Origin: Escherichia coli
Lineage (GTDB): Bacteria; Pseudomonadota; Gammaproteobacteria; Enterobacterales; Enterobacteriaceae
Assembly: GCF_013122565.1 (NCBI RefSeq)
Contig: NZ_CP053258.1
Strand: one strand, 5' to 3'
DNA length: 64,000 nucleotides
This document shows, piece by piece, positions 55,599 to 64,000 of the stretch. Both the position numbers and the translations under genes were made by a program. The notes below the pieces were generated by a model, which worked only from the letters and a program-made list of their open reading frames with translations, did not search any database and was not told the origin of the DNA. Position 1 is the first letter of the stretch. Every line of letters starts with the position of its first letter.

Positions 55599-55889
55599 CT
55601 ATTCCATCAACTGCTTACTTAATGCCGGGTTGGCTTGAATCAAACGCATCAATTTTAGTTCGGCACTTGAAGGCTTCACGCGTCTGGATTCCCATTCCTT
55701 TACCATGGCGACGGATACGCCCAAAACCCGGGCGAAATCATCGATTTTTAATCCTGTCCCTTTTCGTAACTGCTCAATTTCGGTACAGGACGTTGTTCTG
55801 TGCGTCAGGGTAATTTTCTGCGTTTCATCTTTAAAAACAATCTGTTCCAGGCTGCTCAACAGCTCATGCATTGGATCTTTATATTCCAT
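55599..55889 (-). CDS. yiaG: XRE-family HTH protein YiaG
   Basis: 96-aa ORF MEYKDPMHELLSSLEQIVFKDETQKITLTHRTTSCTEIEQLRKGTGLKIDDFARVLGVSVAMVKEWESRR... Confidence 0.85.
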   Translation of the reverse strand: MEYKDPMHELLSSLEQIVFKDETQKITLTHRTTSCTEIEQLRKGTGLKIDDFARVLGVSVAMVKEWESRRVKPSSAELKLMRLIQANPALSKQLME

Positions 55890-56321
55890 TGAAAACTCCT
55901 CAAATCACACTGCGGGATCGTGAATTGCATCGAAGCTCATTAAGAATAGTCGGGAAAAGCAGACTCAGCGGGTGAAGTCAGGGCATGCTCTGGCTTTGAT
56001 TCGATTCAGCCTGTCATTTAGCGTGACTTATAGCCACCTAACGATCTGATAAATGCCGATATATCTCTTACCACTCCTGTTTTGTAAAGATTTCGAAAAT
56101 CTAACCTTCTGCGAAGGCGTAAATCGCTGGCTACAAAAAAGGCAACGGCAATATCATTTTTTAACAATGAAACAACAAATTAACCTTGTTTCATTTTCTC
56201 CATGATTTTACCAGGAAGATTACGTAGAAAGGGTATCCTGCAAGCCTGTCCTGGACTATCCTTGTCACGTCAGACACGCGTGTGTCGTTGTGCGCTTTTT
56301 TTGGGTGAAAGGAGTAAGAAA

Positions 56322-57032
56322 ATGGCGACAGGAAAGTCCTGCTCTCGCTGGTTTGCGCCTCTTGCGGCGTTATTAATGGTAGTTAGCCTGAGTGGGTGTT
56401 TTGATAAAGAAGGCGATCAGCGTAAAGCGTTTATCGACTTCCTGCAGAATACAGTGATGCGTAGCGGTGAACGTCTACCAACCCTGACTGCCGATCAGAA
56501 AAAACAGTTTGGTCCTTTTGTCTCTGATTACGCGATTCTGTATGGTTATTCTCAGCAGGTGAATCAGGCGATGGATTCCGGTCTGCGCCCGGTCGTAGAC
56601 AGCGTTAACGCAATTCGCGTACCGCAGGATTACGTTACGCAAAGCGGTCCGCTGCGTGAAATGAACGGTTCTCTGGGCGTACTGGCGCAACAGCTGCAAA
56701 ATGCGAAGTTGCAGGCCGATGCTGCGCACTCTGCGCTAAAACAGAGCGATGACCTGAAACCGGTCTTTGATCAGGCATTCACCAAAGTGGTGACGACGCC
56801 AGCTGATGCATTGCAACCGTTGATTCCGGCGGCACAAACTTTCACGCAACAACTGGTGATGGTTGGAGACTACATTGCTCAGCAAGGTACTCAGGTGAGC
56901 TTTGTAGCAAATGGCATCCAGTTCCCGACTTCACAGCAGGCAAGTGAATATAACAAACTGATTGCGCCATTACCGGCACAACATCAGGCGTTTAATCAGG
57001 CCTGGACTACAGCAGTTACTGCAACCCAATAA
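56322..57032 (+). CDS. yiaF: DUF3053 lipoprotein YiaF
   Basis: ORF track 56202..57032; start trimmed to MATGKSCSRWFAPLAALLMVVSLSGC (lipobox LSGC), 236 aa. Confidence 0.85.
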   Translation: MATGKSCSRWFAPLAALLMVVSLSGCFDKEGDQRKAFIDFLQNTVMRSGERLPTLTADQKKQFGPFVSDYAILYGYSQQVNQAMDSGLRPVVDSVNAIRVPQDYVTQSGPLREMNGSLGVLAQQLQNAKLQADAAHSALKQSDDLKPVFDQAFTKVVTTPADALQPLIPAAQTFTQQLVMVGDYIAQQGTQVSFVANGIQFPTSQQASEYNKLIAPLPAQHQAFNQAWTTAVTATQ

Positions 57033-57037
57033 AGAGT

Positions 57038-57062
57038 AAAGCCCGAGCGATTATCGGGCTTT
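57038..57062. terminator. Bidirectional terminator between convergent yiaF and ghrB
   Basis: Stem aaagcccga (57038..57046) / tcgggcttt (57054..57062), loop gcgatta. Confidence 0.7.
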
Positions 57063-57080
57063 ACTCCACGCAGTCGCGGC

Positions 57081-58055
57081 TTAGTCCGCGACGTGCGGAT
57101 TCACACAGTTCTTCTCAACCTTTCCTTGTAACGCTTCAATCAAATTATCCACGGCACAGGCGGCCATGCCATAACGCGTCTCATGGGTGGCAGATCCAAT
57201 ATGCGGTACTGCGACGACGTTGGCCATTGAGAGCAACGGCGAATCTACGGACAGTGGCTCTTGTTCGAAAACATCCAGCCCGGCGGCGTGAATTTCGCCT
57301 TTCTGCAATGCAGCAATCAGTGCATTTTCATCAACCACCGGGCCACGTCCGGCATTAATGAAAATGGCGGAGGATTTCATTTTGGCGAATTGTTCTGCGC
57401 CAAACAGATGATGCGTCTCATCCGTTAACGGCAGGATCAGGCAAACGAAATCTGACTCTTGTAACAGAGTATCCAAATCGCAGTAGCGGGCGTTGAAGCG
57501 TTCTTCGGCTTCTTTATGGTGGCGGCGCGCGTTATAGAGGATGGGCATGTTGAAGCCAAAGTGCGCACGTTGTGCCAGCGCCATACCGATCCGTCCCATC
57601 CCGACAATGCCCAGTGTTTTATGGTGAACGTCAGTGCCGTACCAGTCCGGGCCTATGCTCGCGGTCCATTCGCCTGCTTTTACCCGTTCTGCTACCTCCA
57701 CAACCCGACGAGCGGTAGACAACACCAACGCCATCAGCGTATCGGCGACGGTTTCTGTTAATATAGTTGGCGTGTGCATCAGCAGAATTTTTCGGGCGGT
57801 AAGCGCATCGACATCAAAATTGTCATAGCCGACGGAGATCGTTGATGTGGCACGCAGTTTAGGCATTTTTTCCAGCAATGCGGCATCAACATTCTCGTTT
57901 GAACCCAGTAAACCTTCAGCTTCTGCAAAAATTGCTGCATTTTGTTCGACGGTGTGTGGGCTGAGGTTTGCCACCTGGTGAACGGTGAAATGCTCTTGCA
58001 GGCGTTGCAGTAAATCATCAGGTAAGGCTTTGTAGAGGATAACGGACGGCTTCAT
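57081..58055 (-). CDS. ghrB: Glyoxylate/hydroxypyruvate reductase B (2-ketogluconate reductase)
   Basis: ORF track 57081..58067; start taken at [19 protein letters not shown] (324 aa); D-isomer 2-hydroxyacid dehydrogenase motifs (GIVGMGRIG). Confidence 0.9.
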   Translation of the reverse strand: MKPSVILYKALPDDLLQRLQEHFTVHQVANLSPHTVEQNAAIFAEAEGLLGSNENVDAALLEKMPKLRATSTISVGYDNFDVDALTARKILLMHTPTILTETVADTLMALVLSTARRVVEVAERVKAGEWTASIGPDWYGTDVHHKTLGIVGMGRIGMALAQRAHFGFNMPILYNARRHHKEAEERFNARYCDLDTLLQESDFVCLILPLTDETHHLFGAEQFAKMKSSAIFINAGRGPVVDENALIAALQKGEIHAAGLDVFEQEPLSVDSPLLSMANVVAVPHIGSATHETRYGMAACAVDNLIEALQGKVEKNCVNPHVAD

Positions 58056-58158
58056 GCTTCTCTCCATTCACAGATAAGGCGATCACCTTAGCCTGAAATA
58101 TGATGAAGGAAAACTGAAGAATGCCAGGTGATTTCTGCATCACCTGGCATGAAAGGAA

Positions 58159-58818
58159 TTACAGCGGGCTTAAGGTAATTTCTACACGGCGGTTTTGCGC
58201 CTTACCTTCTGCGGTGCTGTTGCTGGCGATTGGGTTAGCCGGGCCAAGGCCCTGAGTACGGATGCGGCTGGCGTCCACGCCCTGGGTGATCAACGCGCTG
58301 GCAACGGAATCCGCACGTTGCTGGGAGAGACGCATGTTCAGGTCGTGACCACCCGTGCTGTCGGTATAACCAATCACGTTAACCGCCGTTTTCGGATACT
58401 CTTTCAGTACCATTGCCACGCCGGTCAGGGTGTTAGCGCCCGCCGGTTTCAGGGTCGCGCTGCTGCTGTCGAAGGTCACATTGTTCGGCATATTGAGGAT
58501 AATGTTATCCCCGCTGCGGGTTACGCTAACACCAGTGCCGCGCATTTTGTCACGCAGCTTCGCTTCCTGCACATCCATGTAATAACCCACGCCGCCGCCC
58601 AGAGCTGCACCTGCTGCTGCGCCAATCAGCGCGCCTTTACCGCGATCTTTCTTCGAAGAAGAGAGCGCACCAATACCCGCGCCCACGAGAGAGCCCAGAC
58701 CTGCGCCAATAGCAGATTTACCTGCTTCGCGTTCACCGGTGTAAGGGTTAGTTGTGCAGCCAGATACCGCCAGAGCGCCACTCACTACGGCGGCAATAAG
58801 ATAAACACGTTTCTTCAT
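58159..58818 (-). CDS. yiaD: OmpA-family lipoprotein YiaD
   Basis: 219-aa ORF MKKRVYLIAAVVSGALAVSGC...; C-terminal OmpA-like domain (NRRVEITL). Confidence 0.9.
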   Translation of the reverse strand: MKKRVYLIAAVVSGALAVSGCTTNPYTGEREAGKSAIGAGLGSLVGAGIGALSSSKKDRGKGALIGAAAGAALGGGVGYYMDVQEAKLRDKMRGTGVSVTRSGDNIILNMPNNVTFDSSSATLKPAGANTLTGVAMVLKEYPKTAVNVIGYTDSTGGHDLNMRLSQQRADSVASALITQGVDASRIRTQGLGPANPIASNSTAEGKAQNRRVEITLSPL

Positions 58819-58970
58819 TGTTAATCCTTAATAACCTTTTTATTCTTTGCCACGGGTTCCGTGGCGGCAGATTATGCCGCGTGAACATGAAGATTATTCC
58901 TGGGAATACTCGGAAATTTGTAAGTAATATTTAACTGCTCAATACATCTAACCTTTCAGGAGTCTTCGGT

Positions 58971-61304
58971 TTGGCCAACTCATCCTCACGATATTCCGTT
59001 CTGACTGCCGCCCACTGGGGGCCCATGCTGGTTGAAACCGACGGCGAAACCGTGTTTAGCTCACGTGGCGCGTTAGCCACAGGAATGGAAAATTCCTTGC
59101 AGAGCGCGGTTCGCGACCAGGTTCACAGCAATACGCGGGTACGATTTCCAATGGTGCGCAAAGGCTTTCTCGCGTCACCGGAAAACCCGCAAGGCATTCC
59201 TGGGCAGGATGAATTTGTTCGCGTGAGTTGGGATGAGGCGCTGGATCTTATTCACCAACAACATAAACGCATTCGTGAGGCTTATGGTCCGGCATCGATT
59301 TTTGCTGGTTCCTACGGCTGGCGTTCAAACGGCGTGCTGCATAAGGCCTCGACATTATTACAACGCTATATGGCGCTGGCAGGCGGTTATACCGGGCATC
59401 TGGGGGATTATTCGACCGGTGCGGCACAGGCGATCATGCCGTATGTCGTGGGTGGCAGCGAAGTTTATCAACAGCAAACCAGTTGGCCGCTGGTGCTGGA
59501 ACATAGCGATGTCGTGGTGTTGTGGAGTGCTAACCCACTCAATACGCTGAAAATTGCGTGGAATGCATCTGATGAGCAGGGGCTTTCTTACTTTTCCGCA
59601 CTGCGTGACAGCGGGAAAAAGCTGATCTGCATTGATCCAATGCGATCGGAAACCGTCGATTTCTTTGGCGATAAAATGGAGTGGGTGGCACCGCACATGG
59701 GCACCGATGTTGCGCTGATGCTGGGGATCGCCCATACGCTGGTGGAAAATGGTTGGCACGACGAAGCGTTTCTGGCGCGTTGCACCACGGGTTATGCCGT
59801 CTTCGCCTCTTATTTGCTGGGCGAGTGTGATGGAATAGCGAAAAACGCCGAATGGGCGGCAGGGATTTGTGGGGTTAACGCAGAGAAAATCCGCGAGCTG
59901 GCGGCTCTTTTCCACCAAAACACGACCATGCTGATGGCTGGCTGGGGAATGCAGCGCCAACAGTTTGGTGAGCAAAAACACTGGATGATCGTCACGCTGG
60001 CGGCAATGTTGGGGCAAATCGGCACACCCGGCGGCGGTTTTGGTCTTTCTTATCATTTTGCCAATGGTGGTAACCCCACGCGGCGTTCTGCAGTGCTCTC
60101 TTCCATGCAGGGCAGCTTGCCTGGCGGCACCGATGCGGTAGATAAAATCCCTGTTGCCCGCATTGTTGAAGCACTGGAAAACCCTGGTGGCGCATATCAA
60201 CACAACGGTATGAACCGACATTTCCCGGATATTCGTTTTATCTGGTGGGCGGGCGGTGCCAACTTTACTCATCATCAGGATACCAATCGCCTGATCCGTG
60301 CCTGGCAAAAACCGGAACTGGTGGTTATCTCCGAATGCTTCTGGACGGCGGCGGCAAAACACGCGGATATCGTTCTGCCTGCGACCACCTCGTTTGAGCG
60401 TAATGATCTCACCATGACCGGTGATTACAGTAATCAGCATCTGGTGCCGATGAAGCAAGTGGTGCCGCCACGCTATGAAGCGCGTAATGATTTTGATGTT
60501 TTTGCCGAGTTAAGTGAACGCTGGGAGAAGGGCGGTTATGCACGTTTTACGGAAGGAAAAAGTGAGCTGCAATGGCTGGAAACGTTTTATAACGTTGCCC
60601 GGCAGCGCGGGGCAAGCCTGCAGATTGAATTGCCGCCATTTACGGAGTTCTGGCAAGCCAACCAGTTAATTGAGATGCCGGAAAACCCGGACAGCGAGCG
60701 GTTTATTCGCTTCGCTGATTTTTGCCGGGATCCGCAGGCGCATCCATTAAAAACTGCCAGCGGTAAGATTGAAATCTTCTCGCAGCGTATTGCCGATTAC
60801 GCTTATCCGGATTGCCCGGGGCATCCAATGTGGCTGGAGCCGGACGAATGGCAGGGCAATGCCGAACCGGAACAGTTGCAGGTACTTTCTGCTCATCCGG
60901 CGCATCGTCTGCACAGCCAGCTGAATTACAGTTCTCTGCGCGAATTGTACGCGGTGGCAAATCGTGAGCCTGTCACCATTCATCCTGACGATGCCCAGGC
61001 GCGCGGCATACAAGATGGCGATACTGTTCGGCTGTGGAACTCACGCGGGCAAATTCTTGCCGGAGCGGTCATTAGTGAGGGAATTAAACCTGGCGTGATT
61101 TGCATTCACGAAGGGGCATGGCCGGATCTGGATTTAACCGCTGACGGTATTTGTAAAAACGGCGCAGTGAACGTGCTGACCAAAGATCTCCCCAGCTCGC
61201 GGCTGGGGAATGGCTGTGCGGGTAATACGGCGCTGGCATGGCTGGAAAAATACAACGGTCCGGAACTGACACTTACAGCGTTTGAACCACCGGCCAGCTC
61301 ATAA
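58971..61304 (+). CDS. bisC: Biotin sulfoxide reductase (molybdopterin oxidoreductase)
   Basis: 777-aa ORF with non-ATG (TTG) start in the track; DMSO-reductase-family motifs. Confidence 0.9.
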   Translation: MANSSSRYSVLTAAHWGPMLVETDGETVFSSRGALATGMENSLQSAVRDQVHSNTRVRFPMVRKGFLASPENPQGIPGQDEFVRVSWDEALDLIHQQHKRIREAYGPASIFAGSYGWRSNGVLHKASTLLQRYMALAGGYTGHLGDYSTGAAQAIMPYVVGGSEVYQQQTSWPLVLEHSDVVVLWSANPLNTLKIAWNASDEQGLSYFSALRDSGKKLICIDPMRSETVDFFGDKMEWVAPHMGTDVALMLGIAHTLVENGWHDEAFLARCTTGYAVFASYLLGECDGIAKNAEWAAGICGVNAEKIRELAALFHQNTTMLMAGWGMQRQQFGEQKHWMIVTLAAMLGQIGTPGGGFGLSYHFANGGNPTRRSAVLSSMQGSLPGGTDAVDKIPVARIVEALENPGGAYQHNGMNRHFPDIRFIWWAGGANFTHHQDTNRLIRAWQKPELVVISECFWTAAAKHADIVLPATTSFERNDLTMTGDYSNQHLVPMKQVVPPRYEARNDFDVFAELSERWEKGGYARFTEGKSELQWLETFYNVARQRGASLQIELPPFTEFWQANQLIEMPENPDSERFIRFADFCRDPQAHPLKTASGKIEIFSQRIADYAYPDCPGHPMWLEPDEWQGNAEPEQLQVLSAHPAHRLHSQLNYSSLRELYAVANREPVTIHPDDAQARGIQDGDTVRLWNSRGQILAGAVISEGIKPGVICIHEGAWPDLDLTADGICKNGAVNVLTKDLPSSRLGNGCAGNTALAWLEKYNGPELTLTAFEPPASS

Positions 61305-61713
61305 TCCAGGTGGGTAGTTGGGTTTCATCCTGCCATGCACAATCGACAATGTGAAAACCCTGCGCCTGGTAAAAATCTATCGCCGGTTGATTTTTTTGAT
61401 AAACCTCCAGCATCAGATGGGGATGGCGCTGCTGCACATACTGCATCAGCGCCTTACCAATACCGCGCCTGACGGCCTTCGGTGCGACAAACATCGCTGC
61501 CAGAAATCGGCCTTCCATAATGCTGACAAAACCGAGAAGCTTACCGTCTTCTTCCCAGACCCAGTTTTGCGCGTTGGCAAGATAGGCATCCCGCACCAGT
61601 GGAATGCAATCGCGCCAGTAATGCGCTTTTATAAAGGGATGCCCCCAGGTTGTACTTTCCAGCCACAGTTCGAGGATCGCGGGGAGTTCTGAACGTTGCG
61701 CTTCCCGAATCAT
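61273..61713 (-). CDS. yiaC: GNAT-family N-acetyltransferase YiaC
   Basis: 146-aa [38 protein letters not shown]...; 32-nt convergent overlap with bisC 3' end. Confidence 0.85.
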   Translation of the reverse strand: MIREAQRSELPAILELWLESTTWGHPFIKAHYWRDCIPLVRDAYLANAQNWVWEEDGKLLGFVSIMEGRFLAAMFVAPKAVRRGIGKALMQYVQQRHPHLMLEVYQKNQPAIDFYQAQGFHIVDCAWQDETQLPTWIMSWPVVQTL

Positions 61714-62273
61714 GGTTTATTTCCCGGATAGCAACAGCAGCCAACCACATGATCATTCACCAGCCCACATGCCTGCATAAAGGAGTAACAGATTGTGGTA
61801 CCGACAAACTTAAAACCACGTTTTTTCAGTGCCTTAGATAGGGCGTCGGAGGCGGGCGTAGATGTGGGGATTTCGCTCAATGTTGTGGCTTGTGTCACCT
61901 GTGGCTGATGATTTACGAACGACCAGACAAAGTCGGCAAATGGTTCGCCGTTCCGTTCCATTTGCAGGTACGCCCGCGCATTACCAATAATTGCCTGAAT
62001 TTTCCCTCGATGGCGGATAATCCCGGCGTCCTGTACCAGTCTTTCGACATCCTCTTCCTGCATTGCTGCGACCTTCACCGGATCGAACTGATGAAAGCTG
62101 GCGCGATAGTTTTCGCGTTTTTTGAGAACGGTGATCCACGATAACCCAGCCTGCTGCCCTTCAAGGCAGATCATTTCGAACAGTTTTTTACTGTCAGTTT
62201 CAGGCACGCCCCATTCATTATCATGGTAGGCAATATAAAGCGGGTCCTGACTCACCCAGCCGCAACGTTCCAT
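61710..62273 (-). CDS. tag: DNA-3-methyladenine glycosylase I
   Basis: ORF track 61710..62381; start trimmed to MERCGWVSQDPLYIAYHDNEWGVPETDSKKLFEM (187 aa). Confidence 0.9.
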   Translation of the reverse strand: MERCGWVSQDPLYIAYHDNEWGVPETDSKKLFEMICLEGQQAGLSWITVLKKRENYRASFHQFDPVKVAAMQEEDVERLVQDAGIIRHRGKIQAIIGNARAYLQMERNGEPFADFVWSFVNHQPQVTQATTLSEIPTSTPASDALSKALKKRGFKFVGTTICYSFMQACGLVNDHVVGCCCYPGNKP

Positions 62274-62429
62274 ACTTTCCCTCGCTATGTACCCGATCGT
62301 AAAAATTTCAGCCGCTTTTCTTGACGCATCGGTGAAAAAGTCAATATTTAATACAGGGCTACTATGCCCGATATCCTTCATACAATGACAATAATATTGC
62401 CGAATTCGGCTCTCCCTGGAGTCGTGTTA

Positions 62430-63128
62430 ATGATCATAAAAAAAAGCGGTGGTCGCTGGCAGCTAAGCCTGCTGGCGAGTGTGGTAATCAGTGCCTTTTT
62501 TCTCAACACAGCTTACGCCTGGCAACAAGAATATATCGTTGATACGCAACCCGGACATTCCACAGAGCGTTACACCTGGGATAGTGATCATCAACCTGAT
62601 TACAACGATATTTTGTCGCAACGTATTCAAAGTAGCCAAAGGGCGCTGGGACTGGAAGTCAATCTGGCGGAAGAAACCCCTGTGGATGTGACCAGCAGTA
62701 TGAGTATGGGCTGGAATTTTCCTTTATATGAGCAGGTTACAACCGGCCCGGTCGCGGCATTACATTACGATGGCACAACCACCTCGATGTATAACGAGTT
62801 TGGAGACAGTACTACCACGCTGACCGATCCGTTATGGCATGCCAGCGTGAGTACCTTAGGCTGGCGTGTTGACTCCCGGCTTGGCGATCTCCGTCCCTGG
62901 GCGCAAATTAGCTATAACCAGCAATTTGGCGAGAATATCTGGAAGGCGCAATCAGGCCTGAGCCGGATGACGGCGACAAACCAGAACGGCAACTGGCTGG
63001 ATGTCACCGTCGGCGCTGATATGTTGCTCAATCAAAATATTGCCGCCTATGCCGCGCTAACTCAGGCAGAAAATACCACTAACAATAGCGACTATCTGTA
63101 TACGATGGGGGTTAGTGCCAGATTTTAA
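62430..63128 (+). CDS. yhjY: Autotransporter-beta-domain-like outer-membrane protein YhjY
   Basis: ORF track 62364..63128; start tentatively at MIIKKSGGRWQLSLLASVVISAFFLNTAYA (signal peptide), 232 aa, ends ...GVSARF. Confidence 0.7.
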   Translation: MIIKKSGGRWQLSLLASVVISAFFLNTAYAWQQEYIVDTQPGHSTERYTWDSDHQPDYNDILSQRIQSSQRALGLEVNLAEETPVDVTSSMSMGWNFPLYEQVTTGPVAALHYDGTTTSMYNEFGDSTTTLTDPLWHASVSTLGWRVDSRLGDLRPWAQISYNQQFGENIWKAQSGLSRMTATNQNGNWLDVTVGADMLLNQNIAAYAALTQAENTTNNSDYLYTMGVSARF

Positions 63129-63242
63129 CGTAACAATCACAATTGAAACCATTGAATAACAATAGTTATGGCGATAGTGGGTGCTAACTTACCAAATAAT
63201 AAATTTGGTGAATAATTGTCGCGTCATTCATTCCTGAACTAA

Positions 63243-63273
63243 GGCATTTCATTCCGTTCTGATGGCATTTCAT
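63243..63273 (+). promoter_or_regulatory. Tandem direct repeat GGCATTTCAT-N11-GGCATTTCAT in yhjX promoter (YpdB/LytTR-type response-regulator site)
   Basis: Exact 10-bp direct repeats at 63243..63252 and 63264..63273 separated by 11 bp, about 85 bp upstream of the yhjX ATG; matches the YpdB site described for yhjX as I recall it. Confidence 0.7.
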
Positions 63274-63356
63274 GCCGTTTTTCCCCAGGCATAAAGTGCA
63301 CTTCGTTATGGTTGTCGGCAGAGATTTTTCCTTTTTATTACTGCAGGAATACTGCC

Positions 63357-64000
63357 ATGACACCTTCAAATTATCAGCGTACCCGCTGGCTGACACTCAT
63401 CGGTACTATCATTACCCAGTTTGCGCTGGGGTCGGTTTATACCTGGAGCCTGTTTAATGGCGCGCTTTCCGCCAAGCTGGATGCGCCGGTAAGCCAGGTC
63501 GCTTTCTCTTTCGGCTTGTTAAGTCTGGGGCTGGCAATTTCATCTTCTGTTGCGGGCAAATTACAGGAGCGTTTTGGCGTTAAACGCGTCACCATGGCTT
63601 CCGGCATTTTGCTGGGATTAGGCTTCTTCCTGACCGCGCATTCTGACAACCTGATGATGCTGTGGTTAAGCGCCGGTGTACTGGTCGGTCTGGCAGATGG
63701 CGCGGGTTACCTGCTGACGCTCTCTAACTGCGTGAAGTGGTTCCCGGAGCGTAAAGGTCTGATCTCCGCGTTCGCTATCGGTTCTTATGGTCTGGGTAGC
63801 CTGGGTTTCAAATTTATCGACACGCAGCTGCTGGAAACGGTCGGTCTGGAAAAAACCTTTGTGATTTGGGGAGCGATTGCGCTGGTGATGATTGTTTTCG
63901 GCGCAACGTTAATGAAAGACGCACCAAAACAGGAAGTGAAAACCAGCAATGGTGTGGTGGAGAAAGATTACACGCTGGCAGAGTCGATGCGTAAACCGCA
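63357..64000 (+). CDS. yhjX: MFS transporter YhjX (oxalate/formate antiporter family), 5' portion; partial at window end
   Basis: Hand translation from ATG 63357: MTPSNYQRTRWLTLIGTIITQFALGSVYTWSLFNGALSAKLDAPVSQVAFSFGLLSLG...; not in ORF track because it runs off the window. Confidence 0.85.
   Translation, partial: MTPSNYQRTRWLTLIGTIITQFALGSVYTWSLFNGALSAKLDAPVSQVAFSFGLLSLGLAISSSVAGKLQERFGVKRVTMASGILLGLGFFLTAHSDNLMMLWLSAGVLVGLADGAGYLLTLSNCVKWFPERKGLISAFAIGSYGLGSLGFKFIDTQLLETVGLEKTFVIWGAIALVMIVFGATLMKDAPKQEVKTSNGVVEKDYTLAESMRKP

Noticed and set aside
59358-60458. 366-aa minus-strand ORF inside bisC
   Set aside because: Antisense shadow ORF of bisC; Arg-rich composition, no recognisable domain.
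63184-63396. 70-aa minus-strand ORF containing repeated GMK motifs upstream of yhjX
   Set aside because: The repeated peptide motif is the translation of the tandem GGCATTTCAT regulatory repeats on the opposite strand, not a gene.

Overview
The window reads as an Escherichia coli-type chromosomal segment, largely conserved core genome. It is syntenic, in reverse orientation, with the K-12 region yhjX to yibL as I recall it; all K-12 comparisons below are from memory, not a database search. Gene order (window orientation): partial trimeric autotransporter adhesin and SadB-like lipoprotein, yibL, yibT, mtlRDA, yibI-yibH, yibF, selAB, a yiaY remnant, aldB, yiaW-yiaV, yiaU, yiaT, a three-gene glycoside module (GH127 hydrolase, GPH symporter, AraC regulator), sgbEUH-lyxK-yiaONMLK, yiaJ, ysaA, avtA, malS, bax, xylR, xylHGF, xylAB, yiaB, yiaA, wecH, ysaB, glyQS, an orphan ORF, IS150, the hokA locus, a YidD-like ORF, cspA, yiaG, yiaF, ghrB, yiaD, bisC, yiaC, tag, yhjY and partial yhjX. 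I see no rRNA, tRNA, CRISPR array or prophage. I did not find a clearly novel multi-gene system; the best candidates for undescribed biology are the GH127/GPH/AraC module beside sgbE, the YidD-like cysteine-rich ORF next to hokA, and the duplicated DUF3302 + HlyD-like gene pairs. Other departures from the K-12 layout are an internally deleted yiaY, no Rhs element between yibH and yibF, and an apparently frameshifted hokA. Many ORF-track entries are antisense or N-terminally over-extended and were trimmed or rejected.
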